A stretch of DNA of 63,384 nucleotides, filler included, from Octopus bimaculoides (taxonomy: Eukaryota): NCBI RefSeq assembly GCF_001194135.2. It is 4 parts of 4 records of this genome, joined end to end, with 100 filler letters (N's around TTAATTAATTAA, not from the genome) between each part and the next. Parts side by side here need not be neighbours in the genome. Positions count along the whole stretch, not along the records: positions 1 to 27,838 come from NC_068987.1; positions 27,939 to 42,475 come from NC_068988.1; 2 more parts are not named here. One strand, 5' to 3'. Every line of letters begins with the position of its first letter. Position 1 is the first letter of the stretch. Positions 21,226-33,294 of the stretch are shown one piece after another. The notes under the pieces are model-generated. The model ran no database searches. It was given only the letters and a program-made list of their open reading frames with translations, and was not told the origin of the DNA. A program made the translations under genes and the position numbers.

Positions 21226-23540
21226 TCATCATCATTTAACATTCGTTGCCCATGCTGGCATGGGTTAGACGGTTTGACCAGGGGTGGCAAGGTGGAAGGC
21301 TGCATCAGACACCATTCTGATTTGGCATGAATTCTACAGCTGCATGCCCTTCCTAATGCTAACCAATCCAAGAGGAACATTTGTGTGACACTGGTATCTG
21401 CCACAACTGTGATTTTGCTTGGCTTGATGGGTCTTCTTATCAAGCACAGTATATTGCCAAAGGTCTGTCATTGCCTCCATGAAACCCCTCGCTCAAAAGG
21501 AACTCGCCTGCGTGAGGCCCAACGCTCGAAAGGAACTCACCTGCGTGAGGTCCAACGCTCAAAAGGAACTCACCTGTGTGAAGCCCAACGCTCAAAAGGA
21601 ACTCGCCTGCGTGAGGCCCAACGCATCAAATGTCTCAGTCGCTAGTTACTGCCACTGTGAGGCTCAAAGTTCAGAAATCATGCTTCACCACCTCACCCTA
21701 TGTCTTCTTGGGTCTACCTCTACCACAGGTTCTTTCCAATGATAGAGATCGGCACTTCTTGACATAGCTGTCCTCGTCCATACACATCACATGACCATAC
21801 CAGTGCAGTTGTCTCTCTTGCACACTGCCTCTGATGCCTCTTATGCCTAATTTTTCTCTCAAGATGTTTACATTGTCGAAAAATGCACACTGACATTGCA
21901 CAGTCAGTGAAGCATACTGGCTTCATGTCTTTCAAGCCTGCGCATGTCCCTGGCTGTCACAGCCCGTGTTTCACTGCCATGTAGATAGCTGTTCACACAC
22001 AGGTATCATACAATCTGCCTTTCAATCTGAGAGAGGCCCTTTGTTGCCAGCAGTATCAGCTCTTTGAACTTTGCCCAGCCTAATCTTATTCTCACAGCTA
22101 TGCTCTCGGAGTATCTAATTCCATTACAAACTTGGTCACCTAGATAACGAAAGTTATCTACTACCTCTAGCTTACCCCATTGGTAGTTGATGGAGTCTAT
22201 TTTCTGCACATTTTCAGCATTTATTGTACCTGTGCATCTTCCACATACAAAAGCTATTTTCCCTGTTAGCCTTCCTCTGATATTGCTGCACCTTTTTTGT
22301 CCAAAGCTTACACCGGATGCATCTTATGGAGTTTCTACCTAAGCTTTTTCTACAGATCGAGCAGGGCCATCTACCTGAAGAGATTTGTGATTTGTCTGCC
22401 TTCCTACTTACTAAAACTTGGGTTTTTGCTAGGTTAACTCTAAGGTCCTTCGAATCTACACCTTGCTTCCATACTTAGTATTTCTTTTCTAGTTCTGATA
22501 GTGATTCAGCTGTGAAAGCAAGGTCATCAGCACAGAGGAGCTCCCAGGGGCAGCCTGTCTTAAATTCCTTTGCTATTGCCTGGAGGACTATGATGAACAA
22601 GAGGGGGCTGAAGATTGATCCTTGGTAAACCCCTACTTGTACCCTAAATTCTTCGCTGTACTCATTGCCAACACTCACCTTACTGATAGTATCCCTGTAC
22701 AAGGCTTGTACAGCTTTCACCAACCATTCGTCTATCCCTAGTTTCTGCATTGACCACCAGATAAGGGATCAGGGGACCCTGTCAAAGGCTTTCTCCAAGT
22801 CAACAAAAGCCAAATACAGAGGTTTATTTTTAGCTAAGTATTTCTCCTGCAGCTGCCTTACCAGAAATATAGCATCACTGGCACAAAACTAAACTGCATC
22901 TCATCTAGACTAACTCTCTCCCTAATTAGTTGGGTTATGACTCTCTCCGTAACTTTCATCACTTGATCTAACAATTTGATACCTCTGTAATTATTTCTAT
23001 CTAAGGTATCACCTTTACCTTTGTAGCATTTGACTATGGTGCTGCTACACAAGTCATTGGGAATGACTCCTTTGTGAACCACCTGATTTACAAAACAGGT
23101 GACTAGACCATAACCCACACTGCCAGATATTTTAAGTATTTCAGTGGTGAGTCCTGATGGGCTGGGGCTTTCTCTGTCTTCATATCCTCAACTGCTTTAT
23201 CTACCAGGGTACTGTCAATTCAGGTAGCTGGTCCCTGAATTGGGTCAACATTTGGCAGACTCTCCTTCTCCCATTCATTCTCTACATTCAGCAGTTTTTC
23301 ATAACGGCATCTCCAAGCCTATTTCTTTATAGAATCATTAAATGCAAGTGCACCATCATCCATAGACACATTTCTTTCCTATGACATCACAATTTTCTCT
23401 CACACACTGTCTTGCAATCCAATATACTTCAGTTCTTTGGTCCCCACATCAGTGAACATAGGCAAACTCCTTGTGCAAATAAAAGCTGAAGGTTATAGTG
23501 ACACACATAAATTAACATTTGTCTCAACTATCAAACTATG
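21226..23540 (-). mobile_element. 5'-truncated RTE-clade LINE (RT domain and 3' UTR), frameshifted
   Basis: YKGKGDTLDRNNYRGIKLLDQVMKVTERV, EMQFSFVP, KAFDRVP, QGSIFSPLLFIIVLQA, ELLCADDLAF, VDNFRYLGD, LHWYGHVMCMDED; 3' end gttaaatgatgatga. Confidence 0.92.
21491..21622 (+). repeat. 33-bp tandem repeat, 4 copies, inside the RTE 3' UTR
   Basis: gctcaaaaggaactcgcctgcgtgaggcccaac in 4 head-to-tail copies with a few substitutions and no spacers. Confidence 0.92.
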
Positions 23541-23672
23541 ATGGCCTCATGCTATAAATGAGAAATTATAGACATTCTAACCAACAGAATTATTCTCATG
23601 TTAGGATACATAAATATCACACCAGAATATACATAAGATACAGGAAAGAATGATATATATGTGTGTGTGTGA

Positions 23673-23757
<85 letters not shown>

Positions 23758-23791
23758 NNNNNNNNNNATATATATATATACATATATATAC

Positions 23792-23822
<31 letters not shown>

Positions 23823-24189
23823 TATATATAAACATAAAGTCAGGAGTTTTGAGAGTTTAGTATTCATTTATTTAACCAAGTGTCTTCTTATACATATACT
23901 TAGTAAGATGAAATATTTTTTGTTAGGGTCTGTGAGTGTTTCATTTAAAACAATAATTGTACAATTATAAAATACCTGATTTAGAACTAACACGTTTCCC
24001 AGCTACCTGTTCACAATAAATGAACAAGAAGTTTTCTCCTGTCTAGAAATTTCCAAAATGGAATACATAAGAGAATTCTGAAAGAATGCTTTTATTAAAA
24101 TTTGAAATTTAATAATTTAAATGTCCCTAATGTAGATACATTTATGTCTATATAAAATATAAATTAGCGTTGTTATCACACTGTTACAT

Positions 24190-24469
24190 CTTCTTCATGA
24201 GAGTAAACCTATGGTTAGATATATTTCTTTCTGAGAAAGTATATGTGATGTAGTTACTCTTCTATATGAAAAACATATTTGTATTTTGTGAGAATGATTC
24301 AACACTGGAAGGAATGTCATGGCTCTTCACCTATGACTGTCTAATTAAATAACATTCTAAAGTGAAGGATTTAACATCAATATCAGTGATATGGCTTCTC
24401 TGCTGTATGTTAAGCTACTTTTTTTTCAGAGAATGATTTACCATAGACATCACAGTGACATGGCTTTTC
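24190..24469 (-). pseudogene. Decayed zinc-finger repeats downstream of the ZNF stop codon
   Basis: After TGA the minus strand continues EKPCHCDVYGKSFSEKK, then HTAEKPYH and further eroded gaatcattctc / gaagagccatga units. Confidence 0.7.
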
Positions 24470-25903
24470 TCATTTATGGAAGTGTTTTGCATGAATGCAC
24501 TGGTGTCTAGTTAAGCTACATATCACAGAGAATGATTTACCACAGACATCACAGAGATATGGCTTATCTCCTGTGTGGATACGTTTGTGAGTAGTTAAAT
24601 CCCCACTTTGAGAGAATGATTTACCACAGATGTTACAGTGATATGGCTTTTCTCCTGTGTGAATGCGTTTATGAGTAGTTAAGTGGCTATCTATAGAGAA
24701 TGATTTACCACAGATATCACAGTGGTATGGTTTTTCTCCTGTATGAATGCGTCTGTGCTTCGTTAAGCTACCTTTTTCAGAGAATGATTTACCACAGATA
24801 TCACAAAGATATGGCTTCTCTCCTGTATGAATACGTTTGTGAGTAGTTAAGTCACCATTTTGAGAGAAAGATTTACCACAGATATCACAGTTATATGGCT
24901 TTTCTCCTGTATGGATACATTTGTGCCTAGTTAAACTACCTTTATCAGAAAATGATTTAGCACAGATGTCACATAGATATGGCTGTTCTCCCGTATGAAT
25001 GCGTTTATGTGTAGTTAAATCACCACTTTGAGAGAATGATTTACCACAAATATCACAGTGATATGGCTTCTCTCCTGTATGAATACGTTTGTGAGTAGTT
25101 AAGTGACTATTTAAAGTAAATGATTTACCACAGATATCACACTGATATGGTTTCTCTCCTGTATGAATACGTTTGTGTTTAGTTAAACTACATGCTACAG
25201 AGAATGATTTCCCACAGATATCACAGTGATATGGCTTCTCTCCTGTATGAACACGTATGTGTGTAGTTAGGTGATTTGTTTGAGAGAATGATCTACCACA
25301 GATTTCGCACTGATATGGTTTCTCCCCTGAATGAATGCGTTTGTGAATAGTTAAGTAATTAGCTATGGAGAATGATTTATCACAGATATCACAGTAATAT
25401 GGCTTCTCTCCTGTATGAATACGTTTGTGATTAGTTAAATTACTATCTATAGAGAATGATTTACCACAGATATCACAGTGATATGGTTTCTCTCCTGTAT
25501 GAATACGTTTGTGAGTAGTTAAATTATTTGCTTGAGAGAATGATTTTCCACAGATATCACAGTGATATGGTCTCTCTCCTGTATAATTGTGAGTAGTGAA
25601 AGAACCTCTTTGAGAAAGTGATTTACCACAAGGATATGGTTTATCTCCTGTATGAATGCGTTTGTGAGTTTTTAAAACACTACTCTGAGAGAATGATTTA
25701 CCACAAATATCACAGTGGTATGGTTTCTCTCCTGTATGAATACGCTTGTGTCGAGTTAGATTACTTTTTTTAGAGAAAGATTTTTTACAGATATCACAGA
25801 AGAATGATGTTTTCCGTATCGCTTTCAGTCTTTCACCTGGAAAATCAATCCTTTTGCATTGTGTTTTATATTTAACTTGGTTCTCACATAATTCATTCTC
25901 CAT
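24470..25903 (-). CDS. Tandem C2H2 zinc-finger protein, 477 aa (15 intact plus 1 degenerate finger, TGEKPY linkers, no recognisable N-terminal effector domain)
   Basis: Uninterrupted ORF with CxxC-12-HxxxH repeats and HTGEKPY linkers; 35-aa leader MENELCENQ...; typical of the expanded cephalopod C2H2 family. Confidence 0.95.
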   Translation of the reverse strand: MENELCENQVKYKTQCKRIDFPGERLKAIRKTSFFCDICKKSFSKKSNLTRHKRIHTGEKPYHCDICGKSFSQSSVLKTHKRIHTGDKPYPCGKSLSQRGSFTTHNYTGERPYHCDICGKSFSQANNLTTHKRIHTGEKPYHCDICGKSFSIDSNLTNHKRIHTGEKPYYCDICDKSFSIANYLTIHKRIHSGEKPYQCEICGRSFSQTNHLTTHIRVHTGEKPYHCDICGKSFSVACSLTKHKRIHTGEKPYQCDICGKSFTLNSHLTTHKRIHTGEKPYHCDICGKSFSQSGDLTTHKRIHTGEQPYLCDICAKSFSDKGSLTRHKCIHTGEKPYNCDICGKSFSQNGDLTTHKRIHTGEKPYLCDICGKSFSEKGSLTKHRRIHTGEKPYHCDICGKSFSIDSHLTTHKRIHTGEKPYHCNICGKSFSQSGDLTTHKRIHTGDKPYLCDVCGKSFSVICSLTRHQCIHAKHFHK

Positions 25904-25909
25904 AATTTC

Positions 25910-25932
25910 CTGTTGAATACAATAACAAATAT
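25910..25932 (-). promoter_or_regulatory. Probable 3' splice acceptor 6 nt upstream of the ZNF ATG
   Basis: Minus strand tttgttattgtattcaacAG|gaaattATG implies an upstream exon; a possible donor CAG|gtaaaa lies at 26473-26475. Confidence 0.5.
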
Positions 25933-27838
25933 ATTTCTTGTGTTAGGGTTTAATATTTGAAACCTAACAAGTATTTCTTCAGTTATATTTCAATAAACAA
26001 TGATCTCTGTGAATATCTGTAAATACTTCAAAGTAATAATCACATATTTGCAATAATTATTCCTAGAAGAAACTTGTCTTCTAATATGAAATAAAATCTT
26101 TATCAGGATATATCGGTATAAAATTTCTTACTGAAAATTCCATTACAACCTCATGGTAAATTTGTCCATGTTCCTTGTGCAGGTTCCAGACAGTGAAGAA
26201 GAGAAATGTTACTATTAATTTCAGCCCAGAGGAAATATTTCACAGTTGTTCGACAATAGATTTATGTAAACAGGGTTTTATTTTCTGGATAACATCTTAG
26301 AAAGATGATAAATGTTGTTGATGCATTTGAAGAAAAGCATTAGTTTATGTTGATACCATCCAATAATCTGAAACAGAAACGGTATAAGATAGTTAAGATA
26401 CTTAAAAAGTAAAGATTTAACAGCAAAATTTTACTATATTCTCAAAGTGACAAACTATAGAAATAAACTTTTACCTGAGCAACTCAACTTTATTTTTTAA
26501 TTTATTAAAATTATATCATACAAACTTGTGTGAAGTTTTCATATTTACAAACCAGAAATACATCTTGAGATTGTGTACCATGGTATACATTAAGTCAAAA
26601 AATAGTAAAGCATAAAATTCTTCCACCAGAGATGTTCTTAATTGCTCATTAGCAGGCCTATGATAAAAAGCAGCCCACCTTTTATTTAGATGTACATCTA
26701 GGGCTACCATTATCCAATGTATTCTTCCTTTTGACAGTGCAGTGTAATTTCAGAGATTTGGCAGTCAGTTTTACCAAGGCAAGCTACCACATAATGGTTT
26801 CCTCAATTGTCTTCAAGTGTTAGAAATTTTCAGCACTAGTTTATTTTACACCTCTCTTAACTAATTTGCTTTTCATCTGGCATCTAACAATTAAATTTTT
26901 TTTTCTTTACTCTCTTCTTTTACTTTATGCCTACCTTCAATAGCCACAGAACCCCTTGCTGTTTGCTCAACCTACTAAAAGTAACAGCTAAATGTCCCTT
27001 AAATGGTAAAGAACTAAGTGACTTTCACCCCTTTCATTTCTTGCTTATAAAATGGAAACAAAGAATTTTGATGAACTTTTAAAAGTTGTTTTTACTCAAA
27101 ACTTAGATAATCTTCAAGTCACACACTAATTTTACTTTCTAAGCCTTTGGTTGGTATCAGCTTATTTAACAGCTACCAAAGTATCTTTTCTTATGATGGA
27201 CAACTTATTTATCATAGAAGGTATTTTTGGAGGTCAATTAATCATTTTGCTTTGTGTTATGACAGATTTGGCTCCAATTTCTAACATGCTGCATGATCTT
27301 ATAAAAGCTCAATTGCAAGGTAAAAAGAAAAATAATTATTCAATTAATATATTAATTTTTTTTTCTACAAGTTTCAGTATAAATGAACAAAACTGGCATC
27401 AGAGGGGTGAGGCATACCCTGCATACAGATAAATTTTTTTGCAAATTATAGTGTGGTTTACAATTCATTGCTTACCCATGCTTTTTAACTGAACTGAATT
27501 AAGCTTTGTAAGTGTTTGACTAAAAGAGGAGCCTAAGAACAGTGAATTTAAAAAGTCAACATATAAATAAATGAAACCCTCAAATCTATCACTGTACACA
27601 TATGCACTCACATACACACAGTCACATATCTGTGCATGAATTCATGTATGTTTGAAGATAATCAAACCAAATTTTCACCATTTCAAGCCACTCACCCAAT
27701 GAGTATTTCTGGCAAATTTGGTGGAAATCCGTTCAGCCGTTTTCCAGTAATTTTGCAAACACAGACAAAGACAAGTGATTATGTCTTTCGTTTATGTGCG
27801 CAGGGTAAAATTAAAAGATTTCTTTTTTTTTTTTTTTT

Positions 27839-27938
27839 NNNNNNNNNNNNNNNNNNNNNNNNNNNNNNNNNNNNNNNNNNNNTTAATTAATTAANNNNNN
27901 NNNNNNNNNNNNNNNNNNNNNNNNNNNNNNNNNNNNNN
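27839..27938. other. Artificial scaffold-join spacer (44 N + TTAATTAATTAA + 44 N)
   Basis: Exactly 100 bp, identical at three places; the 12-mer puts stops in all six frames. Confidence 0.95.
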
Positions 27939-28033
27939 TGTGTGTGTGTGTGTGTGTGTATGAATTTCTTCATTAGTTGAGTTTTATGGGATTTCTTTCC
28001 ATAAATTCGCAACGCCCGATAAATACACACACA

Positions 28034-28071
<38 letters not shown>

Positions 28072-28107
28072 TACACACACACACACACATATGTATATAT
28101 ATACATA

Positions 28108-28277
28108 TATGATTGATCGCTAGCCACTAAACCTTTTTTTTTATTTTCTCTGTTCTTTTCTGTTGAAGAGCGAAGGCTCGAAATGTAAAAGACTTCCTCA
28201 TTTTCCGAGCGGTAAACTAGTACATCTGTTTGTTGCTTACACACCCGTCTGCGTCTTTTGTTTTGTAAATTCCAACT
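28108..28277 (+). mobile_element. Short dispersed repeat H1 with a minimal hammerhead-like motif (copy 1)
   Basis: Homologous to 33295-33480; contains CTGTTGA-A-GAGC-gaag-GCTC-GAAA-TGT-A-AAAG at 28160-28191; flanked by TA/CA microsatellites. Confidence 0.7.
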
Positions 28278-28374
28278 ATATATATATATATTAATAGAGG
28301 GGTTGGCAGCAAGCTTCGACCCTGCGACACTGAGAGCTATACCAACCCCGAACTTGATGTCATTGTTCTGATCC

Positions 28375-28682
28375 AAAGTTCCCAGATGTCCCATGGAGAG
28401 TGAGGAGAATCATATACGGCAATACGTTGGGATTTAAGCGCACACGGCTATTTAATGCCTTGCTGAAGCAGATGAGAGATCCACATGGAGAAGGGGTAGA
28501 TGTTATCAAGCAACAGCTAGATCTCCTATTATCCAAGTATCCATCACGGCAAGCAGCTAAAAATAGGGCAACAATATCGAACTCCCCCCCCTCTACGAAG
28601 AGTGAATTATGGAAATTCAAAATGCGGTAACGAATGCCATAGCGGAAGCATGGCCACAGCCTTTGGGCTGACACGCATAAAA
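28375..28682 (+). mobile_element. LINE 3' end (ORF2 C-terminus and 3' UTR)
   Basis: IYGNTLGFKRTRLFNALLKQMRDPHGEGVDVIKQQLDLLLSKYP...ISNS resembles the LFN.LP..R...FK..LD..L...P terminus of CR1/L2-group ORF2; tail agcatggccacagcctttgggctgacacgcataaaa. Confidence 0.7.
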
Positions 28683-29149
28683 ATCACACACACACACACG
28701 CACGCACACGCACACACATACACACACAAACACATATAGGAAATTGAACAGTATTATCGAATCGTAGAGGCATATATTTCCTCGTCAGAGAGGTTCGTCA
28801 TCTATGAATACCGAATTCGTTTTTTCGTGTGTGTATTTATAAATGTATAAAGATGTATACGTGTATATGAATATAATGGTAATCTGTTTTTAATAAATTT
28901 CCATATAAACACACACACGCTTAATAGAAGAGAGAAAGGAGGTGAGAGAGTAAATGTTTAATTTCAATCCTCTGCAGCTGTTTAATAATCTTGTTAGTTA
29001 TCTACTAGATGTTATGTCAACATTAAGACACATACAAAATAAACGAATATAAACATATACATTTATGCATACATATTTGTATACCATTATATTAGAAGGG
29101 TGCTGATATGTGAACCAACGCTCTAACGATAAAAACGATACATCGTGGT

Positions 29150-29328
29150 TGAAAGCATGAATGCTCGAAATGAGGAGTAGATAGACAGCCGACAACTGTT
29201 GAAGGTCGATCTTTGTGTTCCTTGTCCTGCTTTCCATTTCTTTTTCGCTCGTTGTTTACGTATTTAACTTACTTGTTTTCGTACTTGATGTTGTTTACAG
29301 TTGGTGACGTCCTGTACACAAATATGCA

Positions 29329-29335
<7 letters not shown>
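29150..29335 (+). mobile_element. Short dispersed repeat H2 (copy 1)
   Basis: gctcgaaatgaggagtagataga(c/g)agccgacaac...gttggtgacgtcctgtac(a/c)ca(a/t)atatgcat shared with 32905-33115. Confidence 0.75.
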
Positions 29336-29372
<37 letters not shown>

Positions 29373-30453
29373 ATTTATATATCTATATCTATCTATATGT
29401 ATGTATATATATATATATATATATATATANNNNNNNNNNTATATATATATGTTCAGCCGATTCCTCCTGACTCTCGTTACAGTTTAACATTGGTCGACCA
29501 TTCACCCCATCCTTGTAGACTATAATAATGAAAACCATTCTCTCATTCAAGATGACAGCAAGACCTCAAGCTCTTTCATTGGTTAAAACACACGGCTCAG
29601 GTCAGATGTAAATGCGCACGATTTACGCTCTTGAAGTTTGTAAAGTCTTGTTATATTATTGAATGCTGGGCCCCAGTGTTCATAAACGCCGAAATACTTA
29701 CACAGCTCTCATGCAAATTTATTAATAAAGATATCGAATATAACTACTCATCTATAAATCTATTTTAACCATGGAAATTCTGCAATATATATTGAATATA
29801 TTTCAGTATGCTTCTTAATTTAATTTACAAACCTCATTTACTTTTTAATTCCGTTGAGCGCTTTTCCAAAATGCGTCGCACGAATTTCGTTATAATTATA
29901 AAATATCTATTCATGTGTGCATTTGCATCTATGCTGTATGTGTATGTGAATGCTTTTGCATGTGGATGTATGTGTACGCAGTTACAAGTGTATAAGGGTC
30001 AATAAGAATGTGGGTGTATACGTACATTGGTGTCTGTTTATACTTCTCGCTTGTCATATTACAAAAGAGAATGGCAAAAGCGTAATGGAAAGGGAACCAA
30101 TTAAATCAATCTTCAAACGACATACATTCACACATATGCATATGCACGGGCGCGTGTATGTGTGCGCATGCTTGTGTGTGTTTATGTGTGTTTGTGAGTG
30201 TGTGTGAAAAAACAATAGTCAGCGATGCTCTACTAGATACAGCCACGCACAAAGGCAAACTCCCCCTATCTCTTTCACTTTACTGTCGTTTGGTCTTTAT
30301 TTTCTTGTCCACCATCTTTTAATTTTTTTATATTCCATCATATTTTCCTTATCTTCTACATCTGTTTCTACGTCATTTTTATCTTATTGCTTCCTCGTCT
30401 CCTCCACCTCCACCTTTTCACTATCTTCTTCCTTCTCCTCCTCCTGACCTCCG

Positions 30454-30568
30454 CTTCTTCTTCTTCTTCTTCTTCTTCTTCTTCTTCTTCTTCTTCTTCT
30501 TCTTCTTCTTCTTCTTCTTCTTCTTCTTCTTGCACTAGATATTATTATTATTATTATTATTGCCATTA

Positions 30569-30624
<56 letters not shown>

Positions 30625-30637
30625 ATTATTATTATTA

Positions 30638-30698
<61 letters not shown>

Positions 30699-30710
30699 CA
30701 TCATTATCAT

Positions 30711-30762
<52 letters not shown>
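30454..30762. repeat. Compound microsatellite (CTT)n-(ATT)n-(ACT)n
   Basis: Direct inspection. Confidence 0.95.
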
Positions 30763-30763
<1 letters not shown>

Positions 30764-31601
30764 TTTGTTATTTTTACTGTTGTTGTTGACGATAACGGTG
30801 ATATTTTTGATATTTTTCAGATGATATTTTCGCTTTTTTTATTAATATATCTACATCTTTTTGATGTCTTCCGTTCCCCAGCATTATACAAAATATATAT
30901 ATATAATGATAATAAAATACCTGCAACAATAACCAAAAAATATAAAATAAAATAAAAAAAGAAAGCTTTGGTAAATTGAGCCCTATTTCGCCTCGTTAAT
31001 TTCCGTGCAACGCACGCGAAACTATGACGATGATTGTCCACGGCAGTGGAACTAAAATATGATAATTAGGCTGAAGATCATCAGAATGGTCAATCTGGCA
31101 TCTTGTGCTCTTTTCAATTTCCTGCATCGCTCGGCTTACTCGACAACTCGATCCCGTATCTTCTTCTTCTCCATCACTGATATGGCCTTTCCCCAGCAGT
31201 CGCCTGTTCGTTCTTTCCTTCGTTTCTTCGTTCATTCCTCCAAAGCTTGCTCCGTTCACCTCTGACCCACACGCCTTTCCCTTTCAACCGATTCAACCCT
31301 CCCTTCTTTACTCATCTTTCAAACTGTCAATCATGTTGCTGGATATCAAGGCAAAAATATGTTTTCTTTATACACACATACATATATATATAAACATATA
31401 TATNNNNNNNNNNNNNNNNNNNNNNNNNNNNNNNNNNNNNNNNNNNNNNNNNNNNNNNNNNNNNNNNNNNNNNNNNNNNNNNNNNNNNNNNNNNNNNNNN
31501 NNNNNNNNNNNNNNNNNNNNNNNNNNNNNNNNNNNNNNNNNNNNNNNNNNNNNNNNNNNNNNNNNTACATATATATATATATATTCATATATATACATAT
31601 T

Positions 31602-31660
<59 letters not shown>

Positions 31661-32134
31661 CAGAAATAGACTCATACACAAACGCCCATAAGCATACATA
31701 CCCACGCATATGCGTAGAAACAGAGAAATGAATATTTCAATGCATACATTTATATTTCTAGACATAACACACATACAGTCAGATAGACACACGCACACGC
31801 ACACACACATAAGCACGCACAAATTTGCGCGCGCGTACGAAACTGTAATTGCATAAATTGTGTTTTTGCAGTCCGTTCGGAGAAGATATCTTTTAGCCAT
31901 TACAAATCAAAATATTTGTTAAAATTATTTCTAATTACTTAACAACTGAAAAAAGAAGAAAAAGAAAAAAGAAAAGACGAGCTGATTATAGTAATAATTT
32001 GCTGTCTTAAAAATATCATTAAAAAAAAATTCTGATAGTGATGGTGATGCTGATGGTGGTGGTGCTCGTGATGAATGTATTAATGATGTTATTTGTACGA
32101 TAGTATTTTTGATGATGATGATGATGATGATGAA

Positions 32135-32165
<31 letters not shown>

Positions 32166-32524
32166 GGGCTGTTGTTGTTACTGTGATGATAGTAGTGACA
32201 GCATTCGAATAAATGTTTGGTGTGTTGGAATGGTTGACGGTGTGAGTGTGATTTGGTGGGGTTTTGCTCGCAGAGGTTACTTGCTGGCAGCGCAGTGTCT
32301 ATTAGAGGTAGCATTGGTGTTGATGTTAATGTTATGTTAGTAATATTGATGGAAATATGATGGTGTTTAACCCTAGCTTAGCATTAAATAGTAATTCCTA
32401 TGATAAAAGGTGTTCTGGCCATGACCATACCACCTTTTCCTATATCAAAGACAACTTTATTCAATCTACCCTTCAATTTCTAAGATATTGAGATGTGATT
32501 TGAAGGTATTTGCATGCCATTTCT

Positions 32525-32640
32525 AGCAGGCCGGGAAAATACACACACAGTAATTCGTTGACTAAGAAGTCTGATTCCCCATCAAATGGTTTCAAGTTCA
32601 GTCCCATTGCGTGGCATTTTCGGCCAGTGTCTTCTACTTT
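32525..32640 (+). mobile_element. SINE family A, degenerate 5' fragment
   Basis: ggtttcaagttcagtcccattgcgtggcattttcggccagtgtcttctact matches the family A B-box region. Confidence 0.6.
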
Positions 32641-32904
32641 AACTCCACACTATAGTAGTGGACATAGACATGTCGTATGACCATCTTTCTTTCCCTAAAC
32701 GGACGTGTTTTTCTCTCTCTTCCATCTTTCCTCTTTTCAAAATAATCCTTCTCCCAGCGTTCACTATTTTCCTCTCGTTCTGGTCTAACGACCCTCCATT
32801 TTTGTTTCCGTTCGGTTTCCTTGTATGTCTCCACTGTCATTTTTTTGTTCCCAACTTTGACCCTCCATAAATCCTAAATTTTATTTTAGTATTTATGGGA
32901 GCAA

Positions 32905-33115
32905 CTGTTTTTGAAGAATCATATTGTCGTCGATTGCTCGAAATGAGGAGTAGATAGAGAGCCGACAACGGATGAAATGTCCTTTCTCTGTGTTTACTTG
33001 TCCTGTTTTGCATTTGTTTCTTGTTGTTTACGTATTTAACCCGTTTTCCCCTCGTTTGTTTACGTATTTCATGTTACTTGCTTCGTTGGTGACGTCCTGT
33101 ACCCATATATGCATA
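32905..33115 (+). mobile_element. Short dispersed repeat H2 (copy 2)
   Basis: Homologous to 29150-29335. Confidence 0.75.
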
Positions 33116-33123
33116 TGGGTACG

Positions 33124-33288
33124 TTGGTATATTTACGTCCCCGTAACCTAGCGGTTCAGAAAAAAGAGCCTGATGAAATAAGTACCTGGCTTACAAAGAA
33201 TAAGTCCTGGAGTCGATTCGTTCGATTAAAGGCGGTGCTCCAGTATGGCCACAGTCAAACGACCGAAGCAAGTAAAAAGTAAAAGAAT
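33124..33288 (+). mobile_element. SINE family A, 3' fragment
   Basis: tttacgtccccgtaacctagcggttc...aaggcggtgctccagtatggccacagtc...aagtaaaaagtaaaaga. Confidence 0.8.
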
Positions 33289-33294
33289 ATATAT

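Noticed and set aside
21491-21622. CRISPR-like array of 33-bp repeats
   Set aside because: Repeats are head-to-tail with no unique spacers, lie inside an RTE element, and no cas genes are present
26140-26900. Possible transposase remnant or plus-strand exon upstream of the ZNF
   Set aside because: Only a short KFVHVPCAG resemblance to hAT motifs, with stops in all frames; not enough to call
30990-31345. CpG-containing unique segment with 68-88 aa ORFs on both strands
   Set aside because: No domain, no convincing splice pair, and the most protein-like frame has several stops
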